DNA of 57,293 bases from assembly GCA_021798735.1 (NCBI GenBank), contig JAJZCA010000001.1, positions 1 through 57,293 on the forward strand, read 5' to 3'. The notes beneath the pieces were generated by a model that saw nothing but the letters and a program-made list of their open reading frames with translations, had not been told where the DNA came from and did no database searches. The translations under genes were made by a program, and so were the position numbers. Shown here one piece after another: positions 28,896-37,415 of the stretch; positions within the stretch are counted from its first letter, which is position 1; each line of letters starts with the position of its first letter. Origin of the DNA: Acidobacteriota bacterium. GTDB lineage: Bacteria > Acidobacteriota > Terriglobia > Terriglobales > Acidobacteriaceae.

Positions 28896-30455
28896 TTAGT
28901 CCGCGTGCATGACGGCGCCCTTTTGTCGGACTGCCTTGCGTAGCAGGAAAACGACGGGCAGGCAGCCGAAAGACGCCAGCGCCAGATAGCGGAAGTCGTC
29001 GACATAGGACAGCAGCAGGGCCTGGACATTCAGGGAACTGTACATGCGGCCCAAGGCGCCGGCGCTGGCCATGGCGGGTCCAATCTTGGGTCCCAGCGAA
29101 CCGATTCCCTGGCGGAGTTGTTCCTGATACATGCGACTGCTGGGGGTCAGGTTCTGGACCAGGTTGGCCTGATGCAGTTGCGAGTGGCGTGCCAGTAGCG
29201 TATCTGTAATCGAAATGCCAATGCTGCCGCCGACGTTGCGCAGCAGGTTGTAAAGACCGGTGGCGTTCCCCATTTCCTGATTGGAGAGGCCGGCAACAGT
29301 GGTAGTCGAAAGCGGCACGAAGACCATTCCGGAGCCGAATCCGCTTAAGATGATCGCCCAGATAAACGACCACGGAGATATGGCCAGGTTGACCTCGCCA
29401 AACCAGATGCCGCAGATGCCGAAGATCAAAAAACCTCCGCCAATCAGCCAGCGGTTATCCATTTTGGACGTGAGAATGCCGATGATTGGCATGGCCACAA
29501 TAGCTCCCAAGCCGCGGGGACTGACAGCAATGCCGGCATTGAAGGCCGGGTACAGCATCACCTCCTGGTAGAACAGCGGGAGCAGCGTGATCAGGCCATA
29601 GATACATCCGCCAAACAGCGCGATGAGAATGCAGCCGAGGGCGAAGTTTCGATGGAGAAAGACGCGCAGATTCACCAATGGCCTTTTCTCGCTCAACATG
29701 CGCCAAACGAACGCGACGAAGGAGACGATGAGGATGGCTGTGGCCCAGCGAATCCAAGTGGCGCCAAACCAGTCATCTTCCTGACCCTTGTCGAGAATGA
29801 TTTGCAGACAAGCCAGCCAGGTGGCGAGCAATCCCAGGCCGATCCCATCCAAAGGACCGGGCTTGGCGTCGCGGATATAGTCCGGATCGCGGACGAAGCG
29901 CGAGATCATAATCAGCGCCAGAATCCCGATGGGGATATTGATGTAGAAGGTCCAACGCCAGGAATAGGCGTCGGTGAGATAGCCGCCCAGGGTTGGGCCA
30001 AGAATGGGAGCGACTACGACGCCGAGTCCATATACAGCCATGGCCTGGCCGCGCTTCTCCTCGGGAAAGCTTTCCAGCATGATGGCCTGCGATATGGGCT
30101 GGAGCGCGCCGCCGCCCGCACCCTGTACCGCTCGCGCCAGCAGGATCATGGCCAGACTAGTAGACGCGCCGCAGGCAAAGGAACTGATGGTGAAGATGAC
30201 GATACAGGTCATCAGGAATCGCTTGCGCCCGAACCGCTGCGCACACCAGCCGCTGACGGGCAGAATAATGGCGTTGGCGACCAGATAGCTGGTGAGCACC
30301 CATGTGGCTTCATTGGTGCTGGCCGACAGACTTCCGGCGATATACGGCAGCGCCACCGAAGCAATGGAGGTGTCGAGCACTTCCATGAATGTCGGCAGAA
30401 CCACCGAAAGCGCGATGAGCCACGGATTGATCTGTTGTTCTTTGCTGGCGGTCAA
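28896..30455 (-). CDS. MFS transporter, DHA2 (EmrB/QacA, 14-TM) drug-efflux family
   Basis: 519 aa. 'VLDTSIASVALPYIAGSL', 'GWCAQRFGRKRFL', 'LARAVQGAGGGAL'. TTG start with an 'AAGGA' SD 10 nt upstream. No adjacent HlyD/EmrA partner. Confidence 0.9.
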   Translation of the reverse strand: MTASKEQQINPWLIALSVVLPTFMEVLDTSIASVALPYIAGSLSASTNEATWVLTSYLVANAIILPVSGWCAQRFGRKRFLMTCIVIFTISSFACGASTSLAMILLARAVQGAGGGALQPISQAIMLESFPEEKRGQAMAVYGLGVVVAPILGPTLGGYLTDAYSWRWTFYINIPIGILALIMISRFVRDPDYIRDAKPGPLDGIGLGLLATWLACLQIILDKGQEDDWFGATWIRWATAILIVSFVAFVWRMLSEKRPLVNLRVFLHRNFALGCILIALFGGCIYGLITLLPLFYQEVMLYPAFNAGIAVSPRGLGAIVAMPIIGILTSKMDNRWLIGGGFLIFGICGIWFGEVNLAISPWSFIWAIILSGFGSGMVFVPLSTTTVAGLSNQEMGNATGLYNLLRNVGGSIGISITDTLLARHSQLHQANLVQNLTPSSRMYQEQLRQGIGSLGPKIGPAMASAGALGRMYSSLNVQALLLSYVDDFRYLALASFGCLPVVFLLRKAVRQKGAVMHAD

Positions 30456-30811
30456 ATTCGCTTTTTCCTTATGACCTTTGAGCTGCGTTTCAATCTTAGA
30501 CAGAGGCGGTGTGAATGGGGACTACATCTTCCACTGGATGGAACTTAGATGCATTGTGGAATCAGTTCGTAGCAGAAATTACATCGAGGTGCAATGAGTG
30601 TGTTGGCAGTCCCAGTACTGTACCCATTATTGAATTGTACTGGCGGTAGGCGGTGAAAGATTTGAACCGAATTTGAAATGCGAGGATTGGAGCGGAGGTT
30701 TCACAGTCTCTTGCTGTGAAGTGGCCGCAGTCAGGCTCTACACTTAAAGAAACAGGGTTTGCCGATGAGATGCGAAGGGACAATGCCCTCTTTTAAAGAA
30801 GGATGCGCAGA

Positions 30812-31669
30812 ATGAGCGGTAGTCTTGGTACCACGCTCGAGATGATCAAGTGGGAGCATTCCGTATTCGCGCTGCCATTTGCGCTGACCGGCGCGATGCT
30901 GGCGGCGCGAGGGTTGCCACCATGGCGGGTTTTGTTTTGGATTGTCGTCTGCATGATCGCGGCACGCTCCGCGGCCATGGCTTTCAATCGGTGGGCGGAT
31001 GCGGAGATCGATCGCGTCAATCCGCGCACGGCCGGCAGGGCCATTCCGGCGGGCCTACTGAGCGCGCGGTTTACGATTGGCTTCACGATTGTGGCGGCGG
31101 CGATTTTTTTGGTGGGGGCGAGCCGGTTGAATCGAATGACGCTGGAACTTGCCCCGTTGGCGTTGGCCGTGATCTTTCTGTATTCGTATGCAAAACGGTT
31201 CACGCACTGGTCGCACCTGGTGCTGGGGCTGGCGCTGGGGATCGCTCCTTCAGCGGCGTGGATTGCGGTGCGAGGGTCGCTCGATCCGCGCATCGTGGCG
31301 CTAACGGGAGCGGTGCTGTTCTGGGTGGGCGGGTTCGACGTGCTGTACGCCTGCCAGGATTATGCACATGACCTTGAGGCAGGGCTGCATAGTATTCCGC
31401 AGGCGTTTGGACTGCAGGCCGCATTTTGGATTGCGCGGGCCATGCACCTGGCGATGCTGGTTTTGCTCATCGCGTTGATTGTTCTGTTTCATCTGGGATG
31501 GATTACCATCCTGGGAGTCGTCGCGGTGGCTGCGATGCTGCTCTATGAACATCGACTGGTCTCTCCGCACGACCTGCGACGGCTGAATGCGGCTTTTTTC
31601 ATGATGAACGGAATTATCTCGTTTATTTTTTTCCTGGCCGTTGCCGCAGACTTACTGTTCCGAAAATAG
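30812..31669 (+). CDS. UbiA-family aromatic prenyltransferase (4-hydroxybenzoate polyprenyltransferase-like / MqnP-like)
   Basis: 'AARSAAMAFNRWADAEIDRVNPRTAGRAIPAG' (NxxxD motif) and 'FDVLYACQDYAHD' (second Asp-rich motif). ATG 30812 is preferred over 30803 on SD spacing. Confidence 0.85.
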   Translation: MSGSLGTTLEMIKWEHSVFALPFALTGAMLAARGLPPWRVLFWIVVCMIAARSAAMAFNRWADAEIDRVNPRTAGRAIPAGLLSARFTIGFTIVAAAIFLVGASRLNRMTLELAPLALAVIFLYSYAKRFTHWSHLVLGLALGIAPSAAWIAVRGSLDPRIVALTGAVLFWVGGFDVLYACQDYAHDLEAGLHSIPQAFGLQAAFWIARAMHLAMLVLLIALIVLFHLGWITILGVVAVAAMLLYEHRLVSPHDLRRLNAAFFMMNGIISFIFFLAVAADLLFRK

Positions 31670-31683
31670 CCGGCTGGCAGCAA

Positions 31684-31719
31684 GAACGCCCCCAGGGAGC
31701 TACGCCTGAGGGCGTTTCT
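31684..31719. terminator. Hairpin between convergent ubiA-like and csbD genes
   Basis: 'GAACGCCC...(loop)...GGGCGTTTC', with an inner 'ACGCC-TGAG-GGCGT' and then 'TTCT'. The U-tract is weak. Confidence 0.4.
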
Positions 31720-31777
31720 ACGGGCAGTCAATCAATCATGTGTATGTTCGGCCAAGTCGATCCAGCGGCTCGAACGA

Positions 31778-32083
31778 TTATGCGGACCGATCGGAAGCGT
31801 CATTCATGCGATGCTCTTCCTTGACGGCATCGATCTTATCGTTGACGCGATTTTTCGCGTCAACGATGTTACGGGAAATGTTTTCGCGCGTGTCATGAGC
31901 GTGCCGTTCGCCGGTCGTGTTCATCGCATCCTTCACATTGCCCCAGGTCTCCCTGGCTGTGCCCTTTACCTGGTCGGCTACGCCGCTATTGGCTAGATCG
32001 TCGTTGCCGACGGCTTCGCCTATACCCAGTTTGATTTTGCCGGTAACCTGCTCGACTTTTCCAGTGACTTGATCCTTGTTCAT
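31778..32083 (-). CDS. CsbD-family general stress protein
   Basis: 'MNKDQVTGKVEQVTGKIKLGIGEAVGNDDLANSGVADQVKGTARETWGNVKDA' is the canonical CsbD pattern. An AAGGAG SD lies 8 nt upstream of ATG 32083. Confidence 0.85.
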   Translation of the reverse strand: MNKDQVTGKVEQVTGKIKLGIGEAVGNDDLANSGVADQVKGTARETWGNVKDAMNTTGERHAHDTRENISRNIVDAKNRVNDKIDAVKEEHRMNDASDRSA

Positions 32084-32217
32084 GGGGAGTGCTCCTTGGG
32101 CTAACTTGTTTGCTTCGCAGATCGATCCGGGGTGGATTATGAGACCGGATTTGCGAAACTGTTGAGATGGAGCGTCCCACATTGCAGCGGAACGGTCCCA
32201 CCCGCTGGGTGGATGAA

Positions 32218-32370
32218 CTAAATTGCGCTGCGTCGTCCGCCGATGATTGCAAAGATAAGGACAACCAGTGCAATCACGAGGAGGATATGGATATACGCGC
32301 CGAGTACGTGGAAGCCGATGAATCCGAGCAGCCACAAGATCAGAAGGACTACAAAGATGGTCCACAACAT
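32218..32370 (-). CDS. lmo0937-family small membrane protein (50 aa; not in the supplied ORF track)
   Basis: Manual minus-strand translation gives 'MLWTIFVVLLILWLLGFIGFHVLGAYIHILLVIALVVLIFAIIGGRRSAI*'. This matches the 'MLWTI...LLILWLLGF...HILLVIA...GRR' signature of this family. A hairpin at 32198..32212 follows the stop. Confidence 0.7.
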   Translation of the reverse strand: MLWTIFVVLLILWLLGFIGFHVLGAYIHILLVIALVVLIFAIIGGRRSAI

Positions 32371-32487
32371 TTGTTGGGTCTCCTTACGGGCGAAGCCGAT
32401 ACATGTGATAAGTTGCGCGTAAGCGCATAGAAGGTTGCCGCCGGATGTAAATCATTTCTTGTTTTGCTGTTCGATCAGGGGGGTTCG

Positions 32488-33318
32488 ATGCAAGTAGCGA
32501 TTCAGGGAGAGCTTGGCTCTTTCAGCCACGAAGCGAGTCTGACTCTGGTTGCGGAAGGCGCGATTGTGCCGTGCGCAGCGGCCGGAGCTGTGCTGGAAGC
32601 GTTGGGTAGCAGCCGAGTGGATGCCGCCGTGATTCCGGTGGAGAATAGTCTGGCAGGTTCGGTGATGGATTTTTACGATCTGTTCTTCGCGCACGAATTT
32701 GTAGTTGAGCGGGAACTGGAAATGCGAATTCGTCATAACCTGATGGTTGCGCAGGGTGTCACGATGGAAACGGTGCGGCAGGTGTTATCGCATCCAGTCG
32801 CGCTGGCGCAGTGTAAAAGATTCTTTGCCGCGCATCCGCAGTTGGAGGCGATAGGTTTTTACGATACAGCGGGCGCGGTTCGTCATGTGGCCGAAGCCAA
32901 GCAAAACCATCTGGCGGCGATCGGCAGCAAACAGGCCGCTCGGCAGTATGGCACGAGCATTCTTGAGGAGAGCATCGAAGATCGCGAAGAGAGTTACACT
33001 CGCTTTTGGTTGATTCGCAGGCATGGCACCGCTCCCAGAGAAGCGGCGCCGACGAAACTATCGGTCGCATTCGTGTTGGAGAATCAACCGGGCGCACTGC
33101 TGCAGGCGCTGAATACGTTTGCCGCGCGCCAACTAAACCTGACCAAGATCGAGTCGAGACCCATGACGGGCCGCCCGTGGGAATACATGTTCTACGCCGA
33201 TGTCGCAATCCCGGGTAATGAGGAGGCCGATGCGGCGCTCTTCGAACTGAGCAAAGTGTGTTCCACAATAAAGGAATTGGGGCGGTACCGGGTACTGAAT
33301 CCTGCATCGAAACTATAG
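32488..33318 (+). CDS. pheA: Prephenate dehydratase (PDT + ACT domains)
   Basis: 'VAIQGELGSFSHEA', 'IPVENSLAGSV', 'TRFWLI', and the ACT-domain motif 'LNLTKIESRP'. ATG 32488 lies within ORF 32464..33318. Confidence 0.9.
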   Translation: MQVAIQGELGSFSHEASLTLVAEGAIVPCAAAGAVLEALGSSRVDAAVIPVENSLAGSVMDFYDLFFAHEFVVERELEMRIRHNLMVAQGVTMETVRQVLSHPVALAQCKRFFAAHPQLEAIGFYDTAGAVRHVAEAKQNHLAAIGSKQAARQYGTSILEESIEDREESYTRFWLIRRHGTAPREAAPTKLSVAFVLENQPGALLQALNTFAARQLNLTKIESRPMTGRPWEYMFYADVAIPGNEEADAALFELSKVCSTIKELGRYRVLNPASKL

Positions 33319-33418
33319 AGGGAACGGGGGGATCACGGCTGCCAGGCCGATAATATATTTGCAACCGAGGACGATTCTTAGCGTCTAAGATTCATAAAGA
33401 TTGATAGAGGGGGACTCA

Positions 33419-35875
33419 ATGTCCAGCGATTTCTTAAGTGTGATTCATCCTGGAGAGCGGAAGGGCCGCGAACAAAATGGTTCAAAACAGGTCTATCCTG
33501 TTCTGCCGGTTCGAGATACGGTTCTGTTTCCCCATGCCGTGTTGCCGTTGACGGTTGGGCGGGAAAGCTCCATCCAACTGGTGCAGTCTTTAGGGGAAGA
33601 GAAAACCATTATCGTCGTCGCGCAGCGCGAAGCGCGGATGGACGCTCCTCAGCCGTCGGATTTGTACTCGGTGGGGACTCTGGCGACGGTGCATAAAGTG
33701 GTGAAAATGCCGAATCAAAGCTTGTTCGTTTTTACTGAAGGCACAGAGCGGGTGAGGCTGACGGATTTCGATCAATCGACTCCGTACATGAAATCGGAAG
33801 TGGAAGTGATTGAAGATATCGATCCGGAGAAGAGCCCGGAGGCGGAGGCATTGCAGCGCAATATTCTGGCGCAGTTTCAGCACATTGTGACCGCATCGCC
33901 GACGCTGTCGGACGAGCTGCAAACGATTGCGTTGAATATCGACGAGCCGGGCCGGCTGGTTGACTTTATTGCGTCTTCGCTGCCGATTCTTTCGACGATC
34001 GATAAGCAGGAGCTGCTGGAAACGCCGGACGTGATGGGGCGAATGACGCGCATGAACCGGCATCTGGCCAAGGAGCTGGAAGTGCAGCAACTGCGGAACA
34101 AGATCCAGACTGAGGTACAGGACCAGGTGCAGCAGTCGCAGCGGGATTATTACCTGCGGGAGCAGATGAAGGCCATCCAGAAGGAGTTGGGCGAACTCGA
34201 CGAAGGTCAAAAAGATATTGAAGAGCTGCGCGAGAAACTGGAAGCCGCCGGGATGCCGGAGGCGGTGAAAAAGGAAGGGCTGAAGGAGCTGGGCCGCTTA
34301 TCGCGGATGTCTCCGATGGCGCCGGATTATTCTCTTACGCGCAACTACATTGAATGGTTGGTGGTGTTGCCATGGACGAAGTCTTCGGGCAGCGAAGTCG
34401 ATATTGCAAGGGCGAAGGAAATTCTGGATGAGGACCACTACGACCTGAAGAAGGTGAAGGAACGTATTCTGGATTATTTGGCGGTGCGTCGCCTGAAGCC
34501 GGACATGAAGGGACCGATTTTGTGCTTTGTTGGGCCTCCGGGCGTAGGGAAAACCTCCCTGGGGCGCAGTATTGCACGCGCGTTGGGTCGCAAGTTCCAG
34601 CGAATCTCTCTGGGCGGCATGCATGATGAGGCTGAGATTCGTGGGCATCGGCGTACGTATATTGGCGCCATGCCGGGCCAGATCATGCAATCTCTGAGAC
34701 GGGCGGAAACGAACGATCCGGTGTTCATGCTGGACGAGGTTGACAAACTGGGACGGGATTTCCGCGGCGATCCGTCGTCGGCGCTGCTGGAGACCTTGGA
34801 TCCTGAGCAGAATTTCAGCTTCCGGGACAATTACCTTGACGTGCCGTTCGATCTTTCGAAAGTGCTGTTTATCTGTACGGCGAACATGCTGGATCCGATT
34901 CCCGAACCGTTGCGGGACCGCATGGAGATTATCGAACTGACAGGCTACACGGAAGATGAGAAGGTCCACATTGCATTTCGCTATCTGATTCCGCGGCAGA
35001 TTAAGGAAAACGGAATCGAAGAGAAGGACATTGAATTTCCAGAAGCGGCGGTTCGCAGCATGGTGCGTCACTACACGCACGAAGCGGGCGTTCGCAAGCT
35101 GGAGCAGTGGATTGGAACGGTTTGCCGCAAGCAGGCGCGCCGGATTGCCGAAGGCAAGACCGAGAAACTCATCGTCACGCCGGCGGTAATTCAGGAATTC
35201 CTTGGCGGCATCAAGGTGCGCGTGGATACAGAAATTGCCGAACGCACCAAGCGGCCGGGAGTGGCTGTGGGACTGGCCTGGACTCCAGCGGGAGGCGACA
35301 TTCTGTTTATTGAAGCCAACCGTATGAAGGGTAAAGGCGGGTTCACGATGACCGGGCAGATTGGCGAGGTGATGCAGGAGTCGATGCAGGCCGCGCTGAC
35401 CTGGGTCCGCTCCAACGCGAAACTGTTGAGTCTGAAAGAGGACTTCAATTCGGAACTGGATCTGCACATTCATATTCCGGCGGGAGCGATTCCGAAGGAC
35501 GGCCCGTCGGCGGGCGTGACCCTGGCAACCACGTTGGTCTCGCTGATGACCGACACCATCATCCGTCCGCTGACCGCGATGACGGGTGAGATTACGCTGA
35601 GCGGCAATGTATTGCCGGTGGGCGGAATCAAGGAGAAATTCCTGGCCGCGCGGAGGGCAGGGGTCCGCGACATTATTTTGCCGGAAGAAAACCGGTTGAA
35701 CGTGGAAGAGGACCTGTTGCCGGAGCAGCTGGCTGGGCTGACGATTCACTATGCGCGTCGAATTGAGGATGTGCTGGCCATCGCTCTGCCGGATGCGTTA
35801 AAGCCACGGGTGCTGGAAGAAGTGATCCAGCAGGAACCGCCCGTGACGCAGGTGCCGGAGACGGTGCACGCATAA
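33419..35875 (+). CDS. lon: ATP-dependent protease Lon (LonA)
   Basis: LON N-domain 'LPVLPVRDTVLFPH', Walker A 'GPPGVGKTSLG', Walker B 'VFMLDEVDK', and catalytic 'PKDGPSAGV' with a downstream 'GGIKEK'. Confidence 0.97.
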   Translation: MSSDFLSVIHPGERKGREQNGSKQVYPVLPVRDTVLFPHAVLPLTVGRESSIQLVQSLGEEKTIIVVAQREARMDAPQPSDLYSVGTLATVHKVVKMPNQSLFVFTEGTERVRLTDFDQSTPYMKSEVEVIEDIDPEKSPEAEALQRNILAQFQHIVTASPTLSDELQTIALNIDEPGRLVDFIASSLPILSTIDKQELLETPDVMGRMTRMNRHLAKELEVQQLRNKIQTEVQDQVQQSQRDYYLREQMKAIQKELGELDEGQKDIEELREKLEAAGMPEAVKKEGLKELGRLSRMSPMAPDYSLTRNYIEWLVVLPWTKSSGSEVDIARAKEILDEDHYDLKKVKERILDYLAVRRLKPDMKGPILCFVGPPGVGKTSLGRSIARALGRKFQRISLGGMHDEAEIRGHRRTYIGAMPGQIMQSLRRAETNDPVFMLDEVDKLGRDFRGDPSSALLETLDPEQNFSFRDNYLDVPFDLSKVLFICTANMLDPIPEPLRDRMEIIELTGYTEDEKVHIAFRYLIPRQIKENGIEEKDIEFPEAAVRSMVRHYTHEAGVRKLEQWIGTVCRKQARRIAEGKTEKLIVTPAVIQEFLGGIKVRVDTEIAERTKRPGVAVGLAWTPAGGDILFIEANRMKGKGGFTMTGQIGEVMQESMQAALTWVRSNAKLLSLKEDFNSELDLHIHIPAGAIPKDGPSAGVTLATTLVSLMTDTIIRPLTAMTGEITLSGNVLPVGGIKEKFLAARRAGVRDIILPEENRLNVEEDLLPEQLAGLTIHYARRIEDVLAIALPDALKPRVLEEVIQQEPPVTQVPETVHA

Positions 35876-35877
35876 GG

Positions 35878-36003
35878 AGTCATTCTGAACCCTTCGGCCA
35901 CGCTCGGGGCAGGCTCCGAGCAGCGCAGTGAAGAATCCAGCGGGTGATGGCGATAATTGTCACGCCGGTCTCCTCTGGATTCTTCGCTTCGCTCAGAATG
36001 ACA
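35878..36003. repeat. Family-1 palindromic repeat, long form
   Basis: Outer arms 'AGTCATTCTGAAC' / 'TCAGAATGACA'. Inner inverted pair 'GTGAAGAATCCAG' (35928..35940) / 'CTGGATTCTTCGC' (35975..35987), plus 'GCTCGG..CCGAGC'. It starts 3 nt after the lon stop. Confidence 0.8.
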
Positions 36004-36028
36004 AGCCATTTTATTGAGAACTCAATAA

Positions 36029-36595
36029 GTGTTCACCATTGGCCACTCCACGCTGCCGATTGAGGTGTTTGTTGGCGCATTGCAGGACAATGGCGTCACC
36101 CTGTTGGTCGATGTGCGGACGATTCCTCAGTCACGGCACAACCCGCAATTTGGCGCGGAGGCGTTGTCGGCTTCGCTGCGTTCTGCCGGCATCGTGTATC
36201 GCTGGATGCAGGCGCTGGGTGGGCTGCGCAAAGCCAGGAAGGACACCGTCAATACAGGGTGGCAGAATGCCAGCTTTCGCGGCTACGCCGACTATATGCA
36301 GACCGAGGCTTTCCAAAATGCACTGAAGAAATTGATGGGGCTGGAGAAGGAAACGGTGGCTGCGATCATGTGCTCTGAGGCGGTGCCATGGCGCTGTCAT
36401 CGCTCGCTGATCGGGGACGCACTGCTGGTGCGCGGACACTCTGTCGAGAATATTTTTGTTTCGCCAGCGGGGAAGTCGACGCGGAAGCCACACACGCTGA
36501 CGCCGTTTGCGCGGGTGGAAGGAACGCGGCTCTGGTACCCGGGGGAGCCGGAGGGGCAGGAATTGCCATTACCAGGAGAAAAGACATTGCCATAA
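36029..36595 (+). CDS. DUF488-family protein
   Basis: GTG start. 'FTIGHSTLPIEVF...LLVDVRTIPQSRHNPQF' and 'AIMCSEAVPWRCHRSLI' are the two conserved DUF488 blocks. Confidence 0.8.
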   Translation: MFTIGHSTLPIEVFVGALQDNGVTLLVDVRTIPQSRHNPQFGAEALSASLRSAGIVYRWMQALGGLRKARKDTVNTGWQNASFRGYADYMQTEAFQNALKKLMGLEKETVAAIMCSEAVPWRCHRSLIGDALLVRGHSVENIFVSPAGKSTRKPHTLTPFARVEGTRLWYPGEPEGQELPLPGEKTLP

Positions 36596-36597
36596 AC

Positions 36598-36630
36598 CCA
36601 GGTCTCAGAAGCGAGACCTGGGGCACCCAG
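36598..36630. repeat. Family-2 hairpin repeat copy (CCCAGGTCTC-AGAAGC-GAGACCTGGG-GCACCCA)
   Basis: Perfect 10-bp stem starting 3 nt after the DUF488 stop. Confidence 0.75.
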
Positions 36631-36659
36631 ATTTGCTTACTACGCACTACACTTTATCC

Positions 36660-37415
36660 ATGCACGTCCATGTACTTCTTTTTGGCGCGTTAAAGGACCT
36701 GCGAGCGCGGGAAACGGAAATCGTCGAGTTGCCGGAGAAGTCCACGGTGGCGGAATTTCTGCGCCGGTTTGTCGCGATTGCTCCGCAAGTGGGAAAATAT
36801 GCCGGCTCACTGGCGATAGCCGTGAACCGAGAATACGCATTGCCCACGCATGTGCTGCATGAAGGCGATGAAGTGGCGTTGTTGCCTCCGGTCAGCGGCG
36901 GGTCCGGCGACGATGTTCCCCCCGGGCACGTCGATTCCACGAGTGAACTGATTCGACTGCAACGCGAACCCATCGATGCAAGCTCACTGGTTGCGCAGGT
37001 GAAAGAGGGGGAAGACGGCGCGGTAGTGGTCTTCGATGGAATTGTGCGCAACAACACGCGCGGGCGGGCGACGCTTTTTCTCGATTACGAATCGTATGAA
37101 GCCATGGCGTTGAGCCAGATGCAGACGCTGGCGCATGATGCGCAGCAGCGATTTGGTGTGCGGCGGACCGCGTTGGTCCATCGACTGGGGCGGTTGCAGG
37201 TGGGAGAGAGCAGCGTCCTGATCGTAGTTGCGGCGGCGCATCGCGCGCAGGCGTTCGATGCCTGCCGCTGGATCATCGATACGCTGAAGAAGACAGTGCC
37301 CATCTGGAAAAAAGAATGGTTCGAAGACGGCGCGGTTTGGGCTGACGGCGAGCCGTTTCCGGAAGAGATTTCCATTCACAAGTCTGGCGACGGTGCGAGT
37401 GAGAACGAGCCGTGA
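36660..37415 (+). CDS. Fused molybdopterin synthase MoaD-MoaE
   Basis: The N-terminal 81 aa, 'MHVHVLLFGALKDL...GDEVALLPPVSGG', is a MoaD-type beta-grasp ending in GG (codons 36897..36902). After a linker comes MoaE: 'GAVVVFDGIVRNNTRGR...LDYESYEAMA...VHRLGRLQVGESSVLIVVAAAHR..AF.AC...ID.LK..VPIWKKE'. Confidence 0.85.
   Translation: MHVHVLLFGALKDLRARETEIVELPEKSTVAEFLRRFVAIAPQVGKYAGSLAIAVNREYALPTHVLHEGDEVALLPPVSGGSGDDVPPGHVDSTSELIRLQREPIDASSLVAQVKEGEDGAVVVFDGIVRNNTRGRATLFLDYESYEAMALSQMQTLAHDAQQRFGVRRTALVHRLGRLQVGESSVLIVVAAAHRAQAFDACRWIIDTLKKTVPIWKKEWFEDGAVWADGEPFPEEISIHKSGDGASENEP

Noticed and set aside
30562-30783. A 73-aa minus-strand ORF in the emrB/ubiA spacer
   Set aside because: It has no SD, odd composition and no motif. 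It is most likely a chance frame in AT-richer DNA.
32167-32430. An 87-aa plus-strand ORF rich in Asp/Glu/Cys
   Set aside because: It is antisense to the lmo0937-family small ORF, which has a clear family signature.
33385-33405. The 'GATTCTTAGCGTCTAAGATTC' near-palindrome upstream of lon, considered as a CIRCE/HrcA operator
   Set aside because: It does not match the TTAGCACTC-N9-GAGTGCTAA consensus in sequence or spacing. It may be some other operator, but I cannot support a call.
34298-35749. A 483-aa minus-strand ORF antisense to lon
   Set aside because: Lon on the plus strand is unambiguous. The antisense product is Arg-rich junk.
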